64,000 bases of DNA from an uncultured Rhodospirillales bacterium (lineage in GTDB: Bacteria > Pseudomonadota > Alphaproteobacteria > RF32 > CAG-239): assembly GCA_902763185.1 (NCBI GenBank), contig CACWQT010000001.1, forward strand, positions 3,406 to 67,405, written 5' to 3'. Of this stretch, positions 18,402-29,793 are shown one piece after another. Under the pieces are notes generated by a model, which worked only from the letters and a program-made list of their open reading frames with translations, had not been told where the DNA came from and ran no database searches. Positions within the stretch are counted from its first letter, which is position 1. Each line of letters opens with the position of its first letter. The position numbers and the translations under genes are program-made.

Positions 18402-19505
18402 TTAAGCTTTCGCTATTTTATTGCCCGGCAGGCGAATAATTTTATTATCTAATTCCAGTTCCACTATCATCGTTAAAACCTGCTCGGCAGGCAACTCCAT
18501 ATGGCGGATAACCGCGTCTATGCTCTCTCCCTTTTCGGAAAGAAGTGATAGTAAAACAGAATAGTTATCTTGTTCTGAAATATCAGAATTATTTTCTTGA
18601 TTGTCAAGCGAATATTCAAATAAGTCTGCCGTTTCAAGATTTTTGCTTTGACGCGCCGTAAATTTCATAGGTGTAAAAGTAAAATTATTTATAACGTCCT
18701 CGGCATTTTCTACTAAAAGAGCCCCTTCCCTTAAAAGTTTATTGCATCCGGCACATCTATCATCATAGGGCGCTCCCGGAACAGCATAAACATCCCGCCC
18801 TTGGTCTAGGGCTTGGTGCGCGGTAATAAGCGACCCGGAACGGAGACTTGCTTCTATCACTAAAGTCCCCTTACTTAAACCGGAAACAATGCGATTACGA
18901 CGCGGAAAATGTGAGGCTTGCGCTTTGGTATGAAATGGAAATTCAGATATGATAAGACCATTTTGAGCCATATCTTCATATAACTTTTGATTTTCTTTAG
19001 GGTAAACAACATCAATTCCTGTCCCCAATACGGCTATTGTATTACCATTAGCCGATAATGCGCCGGAATGTGCGGCGGCATCTATACCACGTGCAAGTCC
19101 TGAGACAACCACAATATTTTTTAATGACAAATCAGTAGCAAGTTTCTCTGCTAAACGACAAGCACTAATTGAAGCATTACGTGAGCCAACCATTGCCACC
19201 GCATTATCATTTTTTAATAAATCTATATTACCCAGAGCATAGAGAATCGGCGGATAATCTTCTATCTGTTTTAAATTATAGGGATACTCTTTATCCTCCA
19301 TAGTGATGATCTTGACGTGCTTGATTTCGGCGGTCATCAGCTCAGCTTCCGCCTGAGATAAAGAGCAAACTTCTCTTTTTTTTGCCAGTTCGCTTAATGC
19401 CGTATCTGCATCCCCGTATCTCGCCATAAGTTTCTTAAATCCAATCGGACCAATTCCCGGCGTATTAATTAATCTAATGTATGATAAAAGTTTTTGCTTG
19501 TTCAT
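18402..19505 (-). CDS. dprA: DNA-processing protein DprA (Smf)
   Basis: SGLARGIDAAAH, VLGTGIDVVYPKEN and FPRRNRIVSGLS motifs, followed by a C-terminal winged-helix-like tail. Confidence 0.9.
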   Translation of the reverse strand: MNKQKLLSYIRLINTPGIGPIGFKKLMARYGDADTALSELAKKREVCSLSQAEAELMTAEIKHVKIITMEDKEYPYNLKQIEDYPPILYALGNIDLLKNDNAVAMVGSRNASISACRLAEKLATDLSLKNIVVVSGLARGIDAAAHSGALSANGNTIAVLGTGIDVVYPKENQKLYEDMAQNGLIISEFPFHTKAQASHFPRRNRIVSGLSKGTLVIEASLRSGSLITAHQALDQGRDVYAVPGAPYDDRCAGCNKLLREGALLVENAEDVINNFTFTPMKFTARQSKNLETADLFEYSLDNQENNSDISEQDNYSVLLSLLSEKGESIDAVIRHMELPAEQVLTMIVELELDNKIIRLPGNKIAKA

Positions 19506-19507
19506 TT

Positions 19508-20125
19508 TTATTTCTTTAATTTTATTTTGCTTTCTTCACCTTTTATTAGGCGTTTGATGTTGGCATGATGGCGCACAACAACAAGCAATGTAATGCACAA
19601 ATAAAACCACGTATATTGTGGTGTTGGCGCAAAAAAGTATGATGCAATCGGAACAAATATTGCTGCAGTCAATGCAGATAATGAGGAATATTTAAAAGTA
19701 AAAGCCATTATAAGCCAAACAAGTAAGGCAATTAAAGCTACCGGCCAGCAAGTCGCTAAAATAAAGCCGAACGTTGATGCGACTCCTTTTCCTCCTTTAA
19801 ATTTTAACCAAACAGGAAAATTATGCCCTAAAACACCGCATGCACCGGCAATCAATGCAACTGTTATGGAATCAGCCACACCACCTCCCCAAATGGCACG
19901 AGCGACTATAGCGGCAACACCTGCCTTAGAAGCGTCAAACAAAACCGTCAAAAGGGCCAAAGTTTTATTACCCGTCCGCAATACATTTGTCGCACCTATA
20001 TTGCCGGAACCGATTTTACGAATATCCCCATACCCTGCCATTTTGGTTAAAATCAAACCAAACGGAATTGAGCCGATAAAGTAACCGAATATTGCGCTTA
20101 AGGCATAAGTTAGTTCCGCAGACAT
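19508..20125 (-). CDS. plsY: Glycerol-3-phosphate acyltransferase PlsY
   Basis: GSGNIGATNVLRTG and HNFPVWLKFKGGKGVA motifs in a small polytopic membrane protein. Confidence 0.92.
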   Translation of the reverse strand: MSAELTYALSAIFGYFIGSIPFGLILTKMAGYGDIRKIGSGNIGATNVLRTGNKTLALLTVLFDASKAGVAAIVARAIWGGGVADSITVALIAGACGVLGHNFPVWLKFKGGKGVASTFGFILATCWPVALIALLVWLIMAFTFKYSSLSALTAAIFVPIASYFFAPTPQYTWFYLCITLLVVVRHHANIKRLIKGEESKIKLKK

Positions 20126-20269
20126 TAGATGTTCTCCTAAAAAAATTGATGTGTTTATGTTAATAAAAAGAGTTAAAATTTCAACTTATTTTCATCTTCG
20201 TGTGTATTTTATCTTGCATTAACGATTTATTTCTATATTATACCTTCTAATGGTGCTGTGGAGAGAGAT

Positions 20270-20980
20270 ATGACTAAACCATATAAACGTATTCTGTTAA
20301 AATTATCCGGCGAGGGACTTATGGGTAAGCAATCCGTCGGAATTGATGAGAATGTATTGGACACTGTTACAGAAGGTATTAAAAAGATTTACAAAAATGG
20401 TATTTCTTTATGTATCGTTATCGGTGGAGGCAATTTTTATCGTGGCATTAACAATAAAAACAAAGCCGTCAGTAGACCTGTTGCCGACCAAGCCGGTATG
20501 CTTGCAACCATTATCAATGCTCTATTTTTAAGAAGCACATTAATACAAAAAGGAATCCCCACAGAAGTTCTTTCCGGCTTGAGTGTGCCACAAGTGGCTG
20601 AAACGTATTCTTATCGGAGAGCACAAGAATTGCTAAGCAAAGGGAATGTTATTATTTTCGCCGGCGGAACAGGGAATCCTTATTTTACAACCGATACAGG
20701 TTCAACATTGCGTGCTTTAGAATCCGGTTGCGATGCTTTATTTAAGGCCACCCAAGTTGACGGCGTTTATGATAGTGATCCGAAAAAGAATCCGAAAGCA
20801 AAGCGTTATAAAACCGTTTCTTATGACGAGGTTATTGCTAAAGAGCTAAAAGTTATGGATATGACAGCCATTTCAATGGCAAGAGAGAATCGTCTGCCAA
20901 TTATCGTTTTCAAGCAGGAGGATGAGAACTCTCTTATAAATGTTTTGAGTGGCAAAGGGAATTTTACAATAATTAAGTGA
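20270..20980 (+). CDS. pyrH: UMP kinase
   Basis: YKRILLKLSGE, VIGGGNFYRG and FAGGTGNPYFTTD motifs. The ATG at 20270 follows GGAGAGAG. The ORF track begins at a GTG at 20258. Confidence 0.94.
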   Translation: MTKPYKRILLKLSGEGLMGKQSVGIDENVLDTVTEGIKKIYKNGISLCIVIGGGNFYRGINNKNKAVSRPVADQAGMLATIINALFLRSTLIQKGIPTEVLSGLSVPQVAETYSYRRAQELLSKGNVIIFAGGTGNPYFTTDTGSTLRALESGCDALFKATQVDGVYDSDPKKNPKAKRYKTVSYDEVIAKELKVMDMTAISMARENRLPIIVFKQEDENSLINVLSGKGNFTIIK

Positions 20981-20986
20981 GGTAAT

Positions 20987-21550
20987 ATGTCAGATTTTAA
21001 TGAAATAAAACAAGATACCGAAACGCGTATGGAAAAAACTCTTGATACGCTTAAAGGTGATTTTGGCGGTTTAAGAGCCGGACGTGCTCATGCCAGCCTT
21101 TTAGATAACATTATGGTAGAGGCATATGGCTCCCCCACACCCATTGCGCAGGTGGGAACTATCAGCGTTCCTGATGCACGCACTTTATCTGTCAGTGTTT
21201 GGGATAAAGGATTGGCCAAATCGGTTGAAAAAGCTTTAAGAGAATCCGATTTAGGGCTTAACCCTGTTTCAGACGGACAGCTTATCCGTATTCCAATTCC
21301 GCCACTTTCAGAAGAACGCAGAAAAGAATTAGTTAAAATTGCCGGAAAATATGCGGAACAAAATAAAATTGCTATTCGAAACATCCGTAGAGATGCTTTG
21401 GATGAAATTAAAAAACTCAAAAAGGATAATCTCATCTCTGAAGATGATGAAAAAAGATTTAGCAACGAAATTCAAAAGTTAACAGACGATTCAATCAAAA
21501 AAATTGATGACTTGTTGAGCCAAAAAGAAAAAGATATTTTGCAAGTATAG
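20987..21550 (+). CDS. frr: Ribosome recycling factor
   Basis: Typical Frr length and sequence (GRAHASLLDNIMVEAYGSPTPI...IRNIRRDA), in pyrH-frr order. Confidence 0.94.
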   Translation: MSDFNEIKQDTETRMEKTLDTLKGDFGGLRAGRAHASLLDNIMVEAYGSPTPIAQVGTISVPDARTLSVSVWDKGLAKSVEKALRESDLGLNPVSDGQLIRIPIPPLSEERRKELVKIAGKYAEQNKIAIRNIRRDALDEIKKLKKDNLISEDDEKRFSNEIQKLTDDSIKKIDDLLSQKEKDILQV

Positions 21551-21554
21551 GATT

Positions 21555-22259
21555 ATGAACACATCAGATTGTAAACATATTGCCATTATTATGGACGGAA
21601 ACAGGCGTTGGGCGAAGAAACACGGGTTGCCACAAAGTTTCGGACATAAAAAAGGTGCTGAGAATGTGGTCAACATTACACGGGCGATGAAGGAATCCGG
21701 TGTTAAATATCTGACACTTTATGCTTTTTCAACTGAAAATTGGCAACGTTCTCAAGATGAAGTCGATACTTTAATGCAGCTTTTGCGCGATTACCTCGAT
21801 AAAGAATTCAAAGAAATCATGGAAAACAATGTGCGCATTATCTTTATCGGTGAAAGAAATATGCTTACAGAGGATATTCAAGAGAAGATGGCAAGAATCG
21901 AAAAAGAATCGGCAAATAATAAAGACTTAACATTATGTATTGCTTTATCTTACGGTTCCAGACAAGAGATTTTAGCCGCAGTAAAAAAAGCAATAAAGCT
22001 TGCCACAGATAAAGAACTTACACCTAATGATATGACGTCAGAGAAATTTTCTTCGTTGCTCTATACTGCAAATATTCCAGATCCGGACATTTTAATCAGA
22101 ACCAGCGGTGAGCAACGTATCAGCAACTATCTATTATGGCAATTAGCTTATACAGAGCTGTTTTTTACAGATACTTTATGGCCTGATTTTGATAAGACAG
22201 AATTGATGAATATTATACAAAAATTTAGCACTCGGGAGAGAAGATATGGAAAATGCTAA
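21555..22259 (+). CDS. uppS: Undecaprenyl diphosphate synthase
   Basis: HIAIIMDGNRRWAKK, LYAFSTENW and IRTSGEQRISNYLLWQ motifs. Confidence 0.94.
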   Translation: MNTSDCKHIAIIMDGNRRWAKKHGLPQSFGHKKGAENVVNITRAMKESGVKYLTLYAFSTENWQRSQDEVDTLMQLLRDYLDKEFKEIMENNVRIIFIGERNMLTEDIQEKMARIEKESANNKDLTLCIALSYGSRQEILAAVKKAIKLATDKELTPNDMTSEKFSSLLYTANIPDPDILIRTSGEQRISNYLLWQLAYTELFFTDTLWPDFDKTELMNIIQKFSTRERRYGKC

Positions 22260-23085
22260 TTTTACCACATTACAAAAGAGAGTTTTGACCTCGTTAATCA
22301 TGATTCCTTTGGTTATCGGGGCGCTACGATCAGGGCATCCTTATGTTGATATTCTCGTTTATTTTGTCGGTATAATGCTTTCTTGGGAATGGTCTGCAAT
22401 GACACCCAATAAAAAAGCTGATGTTTATGCGGTATGTTATGCTTTTGCTTTAGGTTGTTCCATTTTAGTCCAAGACAGAAATGTGTTACTTTTGACTATT
22501 GTTGCTACAACGGCTTTTGTTTATATTAAAGCCAAAGACGAAGAGCATCGCAAATTATTAACATTAGGTGTTCCATATATATCTATCGGCGTAGGGGCAT
22601 TAGATTGGATGTATTATCTTTTTGATGCCTTTGGCAGTATCCCCGGCGAAAAGGGCAGTTTTGTGATGACTTTATGGTTTATTTTAATGGTATGGAGTGT
22701 TGATATCGGCGGATATATTATCGGGACATCTTTAAGAGGTCCAAAGTTAGCTCCTAAAATAAGTCCTAATAAAACTTGGTCCGGTTTAATCGGGGGAGTT
22801 ATTTTAGCAGTGGCGGTCAGCTCCATATATATGTATGCCACAAAAAATATATTTAAATTACCCTTGCCATTGAATGAGCAATTAAAATATGCTCAACTAG
22901 GTGCATTTATTGCTTTTGTTGCACAAATCGGGGATTTGATAGAATCGGCAATTAAACGTCATTTACAAATTAAAGACAGTAGCAAACTTATCCCCGGTCA
23001 TGGCGGAGTGTTTGACCGTATTGACGGTTTGATTTTTGCAGCACCGATTGTTTATTGTCTTTTTACATTATTTTCATTCGAATAA
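22246..23085 (+). CDS. cdsA: Phosphatidate cytidylyltransferase
   Basis: C-terminal signature SAIKRHLQIKDSSKLIPGHGGVFDRIDG in a polytopic membrane protein. It overlaps uppS by 14 nt. Confidence 0.9.
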   Translation: MENANFTTLQKRVLTSLIMIPLVIGALRSGHPYVDILVYFVGIMLSWEWSAMTPNKKADVYAVCYAFALGCSILVQDRNVLLLTIVATTAFVYIKAKDEEHRKLLTLGVPYISIGVGALDWMYYLFDAFGSIPGEKGSFVMTLWFILMVWSVDIGGYIIGTSLRGPKLAPKISPNKTWSGLIGGVILAVAVSSIYMYATKNIFKLPLPLNEQLKYAQLGAFIAFVAQIGDLIESAIKRHLQIKDSSKLIPGHGGVFDRIDGLIFAAPIVYCLFTLFSFE

Positions 23086-23103
23086 AAAGGAAGGTATTAA
23101 ATT

Positions 23104-24240
23104 ATGGAGTGGTTAATTAATACGATTTATTATGTTTTGCCGTTTCTAATATTACTTGGTATTTTAATTTTTGTGCATGAATTCGGACACTTTATCGTGG
23201 CACGTAAACTAGGTGTCAGCGTTAGCGCCTTTTCCATAGGATTTGGCAAAACCTTATGGAGCACAACCGATAAACAAGGCACAGTTTGGAAATTATCAGC
23301 TATTCCTTTGGGCGGATATTGCCAATTTTTAGGTGATGCAGACGAATCGTCATCAACATCTGATGTTGATTTAAGCAAGTTTAGCGAAGAAGAAAAAAAG
23401 CATCTATTTGTTACGCAGGCACCTTCTAAAAAATTGGCAATAGCGTTTGCCGGTCCGTTTTTCAATTATCTGTTTGCATTTGTGGTTTATTTCGGATTGT
23501 TCTTCTTTTTAGGGAGTTATGATATACCTTCTGTTGTTTCCGAAGTTCTACCGGATAGCCCGGCACAAAGGGCGGGTATTATGGCAAATGATAAGGTCGT
23601 TGAAATTAACGGAAAAGCCATTGAAACATGGGATGACATAACGTTTGAAATGGGAGCGGCTATTGATCAGGCTACGGTTAAAGTCGAGCGTAATGGCCAG
23701 ATTTTATCTTTTGATATGCCGCTTGAAGAAATGGAATATGCCTTTGATGAAACAGAAAAGCCGATGAAACGGCGCATGATTGGCATCAAAGGTGAAGCCA
23801 AACATTTTCACTTGGTTAAGGATAATTTTAAATTTGGCGAATCTATTGTTAAGTCAGCAAAAGAAATATACGGTGTAACGGCTTTAACTTTGCGCGGTGT
23901 CGGGCAAATGATTGCCGGTCGCCGTTCAGGAGAAGATGTTGGTGGTATTATTCGTATCGCTGAAATGTCTGGAGATATCTCTAAATCAAGGAGTTTCTGG
24001 GACTTTTTAGCTTTTATGGCCCTTCTCTCCATAAACTTGGGATTAATAAACTTATTCCCAATCCCCCTATTAGATGGTGGACATGTAATAATTTATTTGT
24101 TAGAAATAATATCAAGGCGTGAATTGAATACCAAGGTAAAAGATGGTTTATTCAAGGTAGGGCTTGGTTTAATCGTTGCTTTGATGGTGTTTGCGACATG
24201 GAATGATGTCCGGCACCTGATAACAAGATGGTTTGAATAG
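23104..24240 (+). CDS. rseP: Site-2 zinc metalloprotease RseP
   Basis: HEFGH motif in TM1, a PDZ region, and a C-terminal NLFPIPLLDGGH motif. Confidence 0.93.
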   Translation: MEWLINTIYYVLPFLILLGILIFVHEFGHFIVARKLGVSVSAFSIGFGKTLWSTTDKQGTVWKLSAIPLGGYCQFLGDADESSSTSDVDLSKFSEEEKKHLFVTQAPSKKLAIAFAGPFFNYLFAFVVYFGLFFFLGSYDIPSVVSEVLPDSPAQRAGIMANDKVVEINGKAIETWDDITFEMGAAIDQATVKVERNGQILSFDMPLEEMEYAFDETEKPMKRRMIGIKGEAKHFHLVKDNFKFGESIVKSAKEIYGVTALTLRGVGQMIAGRRSGEDVGGIIRIAEMSGDISKSRSFWDFLAFMALLSINLGLINLFPIPLLDGGHVIIYLLEIISRRELNTKVKDGLFKVGLGLIVALMVFATWNDVRHLITRWFE

Positions 24241-24261
24241 CTTAGTTTTAAGGATTATAAA

Positions 24262-26517
24262 ATGAAGTTTAAATTAGCGGGAATTTCGTTGTTAGCTTTA
24301 GCTATATCTTCTAATGCAACAGCAGATACTATTAAAAACATCAGCATAAACGGTCTTCAGCGTGTAGAAAGAGAAACAGCTCTATCTTATGCAGGAATCG
24401 ACACAAAGAAGCCGGTTTCTTCTGATGATTTAAATGCAGCATTAAAGCGCTTATATGATACAGAGTTGTTTAGCGACATCAGCTTTGATACTAAAGGAAC
24501 CGAGTTAATTATCAATGTTACAGAGAATCCGGTTATCGGCGTAAGAGCTTTTGACGGAAACGATAAAATTGATGATAAAATTTTAGAGGCGGAAGTTCAG
24601 TCAGCACCACGTTCTGTGTTCAGTAAAGCAAAAGTCCAACAAGATGTGCAACGAATCCTTGATGTTTATAAGCGTGCCGGTCGTTATGGCGTGTCCGTAG
24701 AGCCGAAAATCATTAAAAAGCCAGAGAATCGAGTAGATTTGATTTTTGAGATTGAAGAAGGTCCTGAAGCTAAGATTGATACGATTAACTTTATCGGTAA
24801 TAAGCACTATACCAGCACCGATTTACAAGGCGAAATTATGAGTAAAGAAAGCCGTTGGTATAGAATTTTCTCAAGTGCTGAAACTTTTGACCGCGAGAAA
24901 ATGAATTATGACCAAGAGCTCTTAAGACGTTTTTATAACCGTCACGGTTACGCAGATTTTGCTGTTGTTTCTGCCATTGCAGAATTATCTCGTGATAAAA
25001 CATCGTTTGTTTTGACTTTCACCATTGATGAAGGTGTCCGCTATAAAGTTAATGACATTCAGATTAAATCCTCTGTTCCGGATGTTGATGCTAATGATTG
25101 GTATAAATACGTTACATTTAAGACCGGAGATTGGTATAATTCCGATGAAATCGAAAAGACCGTTAGCGAATTAACAGAAGAGTTGGCCAAGAAAGGCTTT
25201 GTTTTTGTTGAAGTTGTTCCCAATATTCATAAAGACAGAGAGACCGGCAAACTCAGTGTTGTATTTGACATCAAAGAAAATGCTAAAGTGTTTGTAAACC
25301 GTATTAACATTACAGGTAACACCAGAACATTAGATGAAGTCATTCGTCGTGAATTCCGCCTTTCTGAAGGTAGTGTATTTAATGTAGCAAAGATTAGAGA
25401 ATCCAGACGCAATATTGAACGCTTAAATTACTTTAGCAAGGTTGACATTGATTCTGAGCGAGTAGATTATGACAAAGCTGACATTAATGTTAATGTAGAA
25501 GAAAAATCCACCGGTTATTTCAATGTCGGTGTCGGATACTCCACAGTTAACGGAGCGCTTATTCGTGCAGGCATTACCGAAAATAACTTTATGGGTAAAG
25601 GTCAGCAAATCAGCTTAAATGCCGGCAAGTCACAAAAGACAACCGACTATGGATTTAGCTTCACCGAGCCCTACTTTATGGGGAGACGGTTAAGTGCCGG
25701 TACGGACTTATTCTATCAGACAGAAGACTACCAAGATGAAAGTAACTATGATATGGATACCGTAGGCGGTAGAGTTCGTTTCGGGTGGAATTATACGGAT
25801 GATTTGAGCCAATATCTACGCTATACCTTAAAAGAAGATAAAATTAAAAACGTTAACACAGCTTCTAATTATATCAGACGTGAAAAAGGTAAATTTGTTG
25901 ACTCAGTTATCGGCCAAACCCTTGTATATGATAAACGCGATAATACTTTAAAACCGCGTGAAGGTTACTACTTATCATTTGGTAATGACATTTCTGGTCT
26001 TGGCGGTGATGATAAGTACTTGAAGTTTGACGCTAAAGCTTATAAATTCTATACAATCTCTGACTACTATACATTTAAATTCTTTATCAATGGTGGTTAT
26101 GTTGAGGGCTATGGTGGTAAAGATGTGCGCTTGGCACAAAGATACTTCCTCGGCGGCAATACTATGCGCGGCTTTGAATCCGGAGGTATCAGTGCACGCG
26201 ATAAAAGAACCAATGATGCTATTGGCGGCAACTGGATGGTTTGGGGTGGTGCTGAAATGGCCTTCCCACTTGGTTTAGACGAGCTGGGAATCCGCGGCAG
26301 AACCTTTGTTGATGTCGGAACAACCGGAAAACCGGATAAAGTAGATAACATCAACGATCCTATTAACTATTCATCCAGTCCGCGTGTTTCTGTCGGCTTC
26401 GGTTTCGAATGGACTTCGCCAATGGGTAAAATTGATATAGACTTCGGTTTCCCTGTTGTTAAAGAGAAATATGATGAGACAGAAGTATTCCGTTTGAACT
26501 TCGGTACAAGTTTATAG
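24262..26517 (+). CDS. bamA: Outer membrane protein assembly factor BamA
   Basis: Signal peptide, POTRA repeats (I.I.GL.RV...), and an Omp85 barrel ending ...FRLNFGTSL. It sits between rseP and lpxD. Confidence 0.93.
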   Translation: MKFKLAGISLLALAISSNATADTIKNISINGLQRVERETALSYAGIDTKKPVSSDDLNAALKRLYDTELFSDISFDTKGTELIINVTENPVIGVRAFDGNDKIDDKILEAEVQSAPRSVFSKAKVQQDVQRILDVYKRAGRYGVSVEPKIIKKPENRVDLIFEIEEGPEAKIDTINFIGNKHYTSTDLQGEIMSKESRWYRIFSSAETFDREKMNYDQELLRRFYNRHGYADFAVVSAIAELSRDKTSFVLTFTIDEGVRYKVNDIQIKSSVPDVDANDWYKYVTFKTGDWYNSDEIEKTVSELTEELAKKGFVFVEVVPNIHKDRETGKLSVVFDIKENAKVFVNRINITGNTRTLDEVIRREFRLSEGSVFNVAKIRESRRNIERLNYFSKVDIDSERVDYDKADINVNVEEKSTGYFNVGVGYSTVNGALIRAGITENNFMGKGQQISLNAGKSQKTTDYGFSFTEPYFMGRRLSAGTDLFYQTEDYQDESNYDMDTVGGRVRFGWNYTDDLSQYLRYTLKEDKIKNVNTASNYIRREKGKFVDSVIGQTLVYDKRDNTLKPREGYYLSFGNDISGLGGDDKYLKFDAKAYKFYTISDYYTFKFFINGGYVEGYGGKDVRLAQRYFLGGNTMRGFESGGISARDKRTNDAIGGNWMVWGGAEMAFPLGLDELGIRGRTFVDVGTTGKPDKVDNINDPINYSSSPRVSVGFGFEWTSPMGKIDIDFGFPVVKEKYDETEVFRLNFGTSL

Positions 26518-26533
26518 TATAAGGAAGTTTCAA

Positions 26534-27547
26534 ATGGCAGATAATATATTTTATATCTACAAAGGAAAAAAATCTCTTAAAGACATTGCTCAGCTTATTC
26601 AAGCTGAGCTTGTCGCTTCTGATAAAGCTAACGAAATTATTGAAAATGTTTGCTCTATCGAAAGTGCCGGAACAGAGGATATTTGTTTTTTTTATGATAA
26701 AAAGAATAAAGCTCTGGCACAACAAATTAAGGCTAAAGCTTGTGTTACCACAAAAGAATTAGCACCTTTGGTTCCTGATGGTGTCGCAGTGCTTATTTCA
26801 GAAAATCCGAAACTTGCTTTTATTACGCTTGTTTCAGCATTTTATGAAGAGCATAAACCGTCACCTAAAATAGAATCCGACTCTCATATTTCAAAGTCTG
26901 CACAAATCGGTAAAAATTGTTATATCGGTCATAATGCAGTAATAGAAGATGACGTGGTTATCGGGGATAATTGTGTGATTGAGGCAAATGTTGTTATAGC
27001 TCACGGTTGTAAAATCGGTAACAACTGCCGCATAGCAAACAATGCCAGTATTGCCTATTGCCTGATGGGCAACGATTGTTATATCTATACCGGTGCCAGA
27101 ATTGGGCAAGATGGTTTTGGATTTTCGGTTGTAGACGGTCGGCATAAGCGAATTCCGCAAATCGGACGAGTTATTATCGGTAACGATGTTGAAGTCGGGG
27201 CAAACACCTGTATTGACCGCGGCGCCTTAGATGATACCATTATCGGGGACGGTACCCGAATCGATAATTTGGTTCAACTTGCTCATAATGATAAAACAGG
27301 GAAATGTTGTATTTTGGTGGCACAAACCGGTATCGCCGGCAGTTGCACATTGGGTGATTATGTTGTTTGTGGCGGTCAGGCAGGATTGGCTGACCATCTG
27401 ACTGTTGGTAGCGGTGCGCAAATTGCAGCTCAATCCGGTGTAATGAGAGATATCGAACCGGGTGCCATTGTTATGGGAACACCAACCGTTCCATTTAAGG
27501 ATTTTATGCGTCAAGTCGCATTTTTACAAAAAAACAGTAAGAAGTAA
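26534..27547 (+). CDS. lpxD: UDP-3-O-acylglucosamine N-acyltransferase
   Basis: Left-handed beta-helix hexapeptide repeats, LpxD length, and bamA-lpxD-fabZ context. Confidence 0.9.
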   Translation: MADNIFYIYKGKKSLKDIAQLIQAELVASDKANEIIENVCSIESAGTEDICFFYDKKNKALAQQIKAKACVTTKELAPLVPDGVAVLISENPKLAFITLVSAFYEEHKPSPKIESDSHISKSAQIGKNCYIGHNAVIEDDVVIGDNCVIEANVVIAHGCKIGNNCRIANNASIAYCLMGNDCYIYTGARIGQDGFGFSVVDGRHKRIPQIGRVIIGNDVEVGANTCIDRGALDDTIIGDGTRIDNLVQLAHNDKTGKCCILVAQTGIAGSCTLGDYVVCGGQAGLADHLTVGSGAQIAAQSGVMRDIEPGAIVMGTPTVPFKDFMRQVAFLQKNSKK

Positions 27548-27564
27548 TTATAAGGAGATTGTTT

Positions 27565-28017
27565 ATGTCTGAAGAAAACAAAATTTATCCGATTGAAGAA
27601 ATAATGAAAATGTTGCCACACAGATATCCTTTTTTGTTATTGGATCGTTTGATTGTGGAAGTTCCGGGCGAAAAAGGAATTGGGATAAAAAATGTAACAA
27701 TGAACGAAGAATTTTTCCAAGGGCATTTTCCAAATAATCCTGTTATGCCAGGTGTTTTGCAAATTGAGGCTATGGCTCAGACAGCCGGCGCTGTGGTTAT
27801 TTCTCAAGATGAAGATTATGCCAATAAAAAGCGCAATGTTCTGTTTATGGGTATTGACGGGGTTAAATTTAGAAAGCAAGTTAAGCCTGGCGACCAATTG
27901 CAAATGCATGTTGAAAAGATTAAAGCTCGTCGCAATATTTTTGTTTTTAAGGGAACGGCTATGGTTGATGGACAAGTTGCCTCTGAGGCGGAATTAACCG
28001 CGATGATTTTAGAATAA
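27565..28017 (+). CDS. fabZ: 3-hydroxyacyl-ACP dehydratase FabZ
   Basis: LPHRYPFLLLDR and FQGHFPNNPVMPGVLQIEAMAQ motifs. AAGGAG lies 7 nt upstream of the ATG at 27565. Confidence 0.94.
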   Translation: MSEENKIYPIEEIMKMLPHRYPFLLLDRLIVEVPGEKGIGIKNVTMNEEFFQGHFPNNPVMPGVLQIEAMAQTAGAVVISQDEDYANKKRNVLFMGIDGVKFRKQVKPGDQLQMHVEKIKARRNIFVFKGTAMVDGQVASEAELTAMILE

Positions 28018-28050
28018 AATAAGCTTTTTTACTCTTGATTTTAGGGGTTG

Positions 28051-28090
28051 AAAAAATTAGAGATAAGTTTTATCTTATCTCTAATTTTTT
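28051..28090 (+). terminator. Strong rho-independent terminator (perfect 13-bp stem)
   Basis: AATTAGAGATAAG (28055-28067) pairs with CTTATCTCTAATT (28074-28086). It is flanked by an A-run and a T-run. Confidence 0.8.
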
Positions 28091-28103
28091 AAGGTAACTG
28101 AAA

Positions 28104-29321
28104 ATGTTTAATGCCAATGATATAAGAAAAGACTTTCCGGCTCTGTCAAGATTGGTTGACGGCAGACGTAATACGTATATGGACACAGCGGCTTCCGCAC
28201 AAAAGCCTTTAGCTGTATTAAATCGTATTCAAAAGATGTATATTGAAGAATATGCCAATGTGCATCGTGGAAGTTATTGGCTTTCAGAAAGAGCCACGGA
28301 AAACTACGAAAGAGCTCGTCAAACGGTTGCTCAGTTTATCAATGCTAAAGATAAACGCGAAATCATATTTACCAGAAATGCAACGGAAGGTATCAATCTT
28401 GTTGCAGCAACTTGGGGGCAATATAATTTAAAAGCCGGCGATGAAGTGCTACTCTCTCGAGCCGAACATCATGCAAATTTGGTTACTTGGCAGCAATGGG
28501 CATTAAAAACCGGTGCAATTTTAAGGTATTTTGATTTAGCTGAAGATGGCAGCTTTATCTTTGAAAACTTCAAAAATGCCTTATCTGAAAGAACAAAAAT
28601 TGTAGCGGTTACGGCAATGTCTAATGTTTTAGGGACACTGTTTCCGGTTAAACAAATTTCGACAGAAGCACACAAAGTTGGCGCAAAAGTTTTGATTGAT
28701 GCCTGTCAGTTTGCCGTGCATAAAAAAATTGATGTTGCAGATTTTGATTGTGACTTTCTGGCTTTTTCAGGGCACAAGGTTTATGGACCGACGGGAATCG
28801 GCGTTTTATACGGCAAATATGATTTATTAGCAGAAATGTCTCCTTATCAGTTTGGCGGCGACATGATTGAGCACGTCAGCTATGATAAGACAACTTTTGC
28901 GTTGCCTCCGGCGCGATTTGAAGCAGGAACGCCTGCTATTGTGCAGGCTGTCGGTCTTGGTGCAGCTTTAGAATATGTTATGCAATACGATTTTAACGAT
29001 ATAGAGGCTTATGAAAAAGAGTTAATCAATTATACGACAGATAAGTTATCTAATATTCCCAACCTCAAGATTATCGGCACGGCGTCCGATAAAGGCGGCG
29101 TATTTTCTTTTGATATCAAAGGTATTCACCCTCAAGACTTGGCTTTTGTGTTAGGTAAAGAAGGTGTCGCTATTCGCACCGGTCATTTTTGTGCTGAGCC
29201 GATCGTAAACCTCTTGGGATATAATTCCTTAGCTCGCGCGTCACTTGGCATTTACACCACAAAAGAAGATGTTGATGAGTTTATAAACGCACTAAATAAA
29301 GCAATAAATTTTTTTAAGTAA
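28104..29321 (+). CDS. sufS: Cysteine desulfurase SufS (group II)
   Basis: PLP-lysine region FSGHKVYGPTGIGVLYG and the active-site Cys loop RTGHFCAEP. Confidence 0.92.
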   Translation: MFNANDIRKDFPALSRLVDGRRNTYMDTAASAQKPLAVLNRIQKMYIEEYANVHRGSYWLSERATENYERARQTVAQFINAKDKREIIFTRNATEGINLVAATWGQYNLKAGDEVLLSRAEHHANLVTWQQWALKTGAILRYFDLAEDGSFIFENFKNALSERTKIVAVTAMSNVLGTLFPVKQISTEAHKVGAKVLIDACQFAVHKKIDVADFDCDFLAFSGHKVYGPTGIGVLYGKYDLLAEMSPYQFGGDMIEHVSYDKTTFALPPARFEAGTPAIVQAVGLGAALEYVMQYDFNDIEAYEKELINYTTDKLSNIPNLKIIGTASDKGGVFSFDIKGIHPQDLAFVLGKEGVAIRTGHFCAEPIVNLLGYNSLARASLGIYTTKEDVDEFINALNKAINFFK

Positions 29322-29327
29322 GAAAAA

Positions 29328-29783
29328 ATGAGTGATACGGTTAAACAAAATACAGCTGAAGAGTTGAATGATTTAGACGATGTTGAAGCGCAACTTCTCT
29401 CAGCCATGAGTATTGATGATACGGAAGAATTGCCTGTTTATAAAGCATGCGCGGGTAGTAATTTGAGTAACAATACAGCTCTTGCTGAAATGCATGATAT
29501 TGTGGAAGCACTTAAAACGGTTTTTGACCCAGAAATACCTATCAACATTTATGATTTAGGCTTGATTTATAAAATAGACCAACAAGATAACGGTGACATT
29601 CATATTGATATGTCACTTACAGCTCCCGGTTGTCCCGTGGCCGGAATTTTACCACAACAAATTGCTGATGCCGTGGCAACAATTGATGGCGTCGGCAAAG
29701 TAGATGTAGAAGTTGTTTGGGAACCTGCATGGAGCATTGAACGCTTAAGCGAAGATGCTAAAATGATGTTGGAAATGCTTTAG
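29328..29783 (+). CDS. DUF59 / SufT-like Fe-S assembly protein
   Basis: VFDPEIPINIYDLGLIY ... SLTAPGCPVAG, typical of the MIP18/SufT family. There is an acidic N-terminal extension. Confidence 0.8.
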   Translation: MSDTVKQNTAEELNDLDDVEAQLLSAMSIDDTEELPVYKACAGSNLSNNTALAEMHDIVEALKTVFDPEIPINIYDLGLIYKIDQQDNGDIHIDMSLTAPGCPVAGILPQQIADAVATIDGVGKVDVEVVWEPAWSIERLSEDAKMMLEML

Positions 29784-29793
29784 GGAATACACT

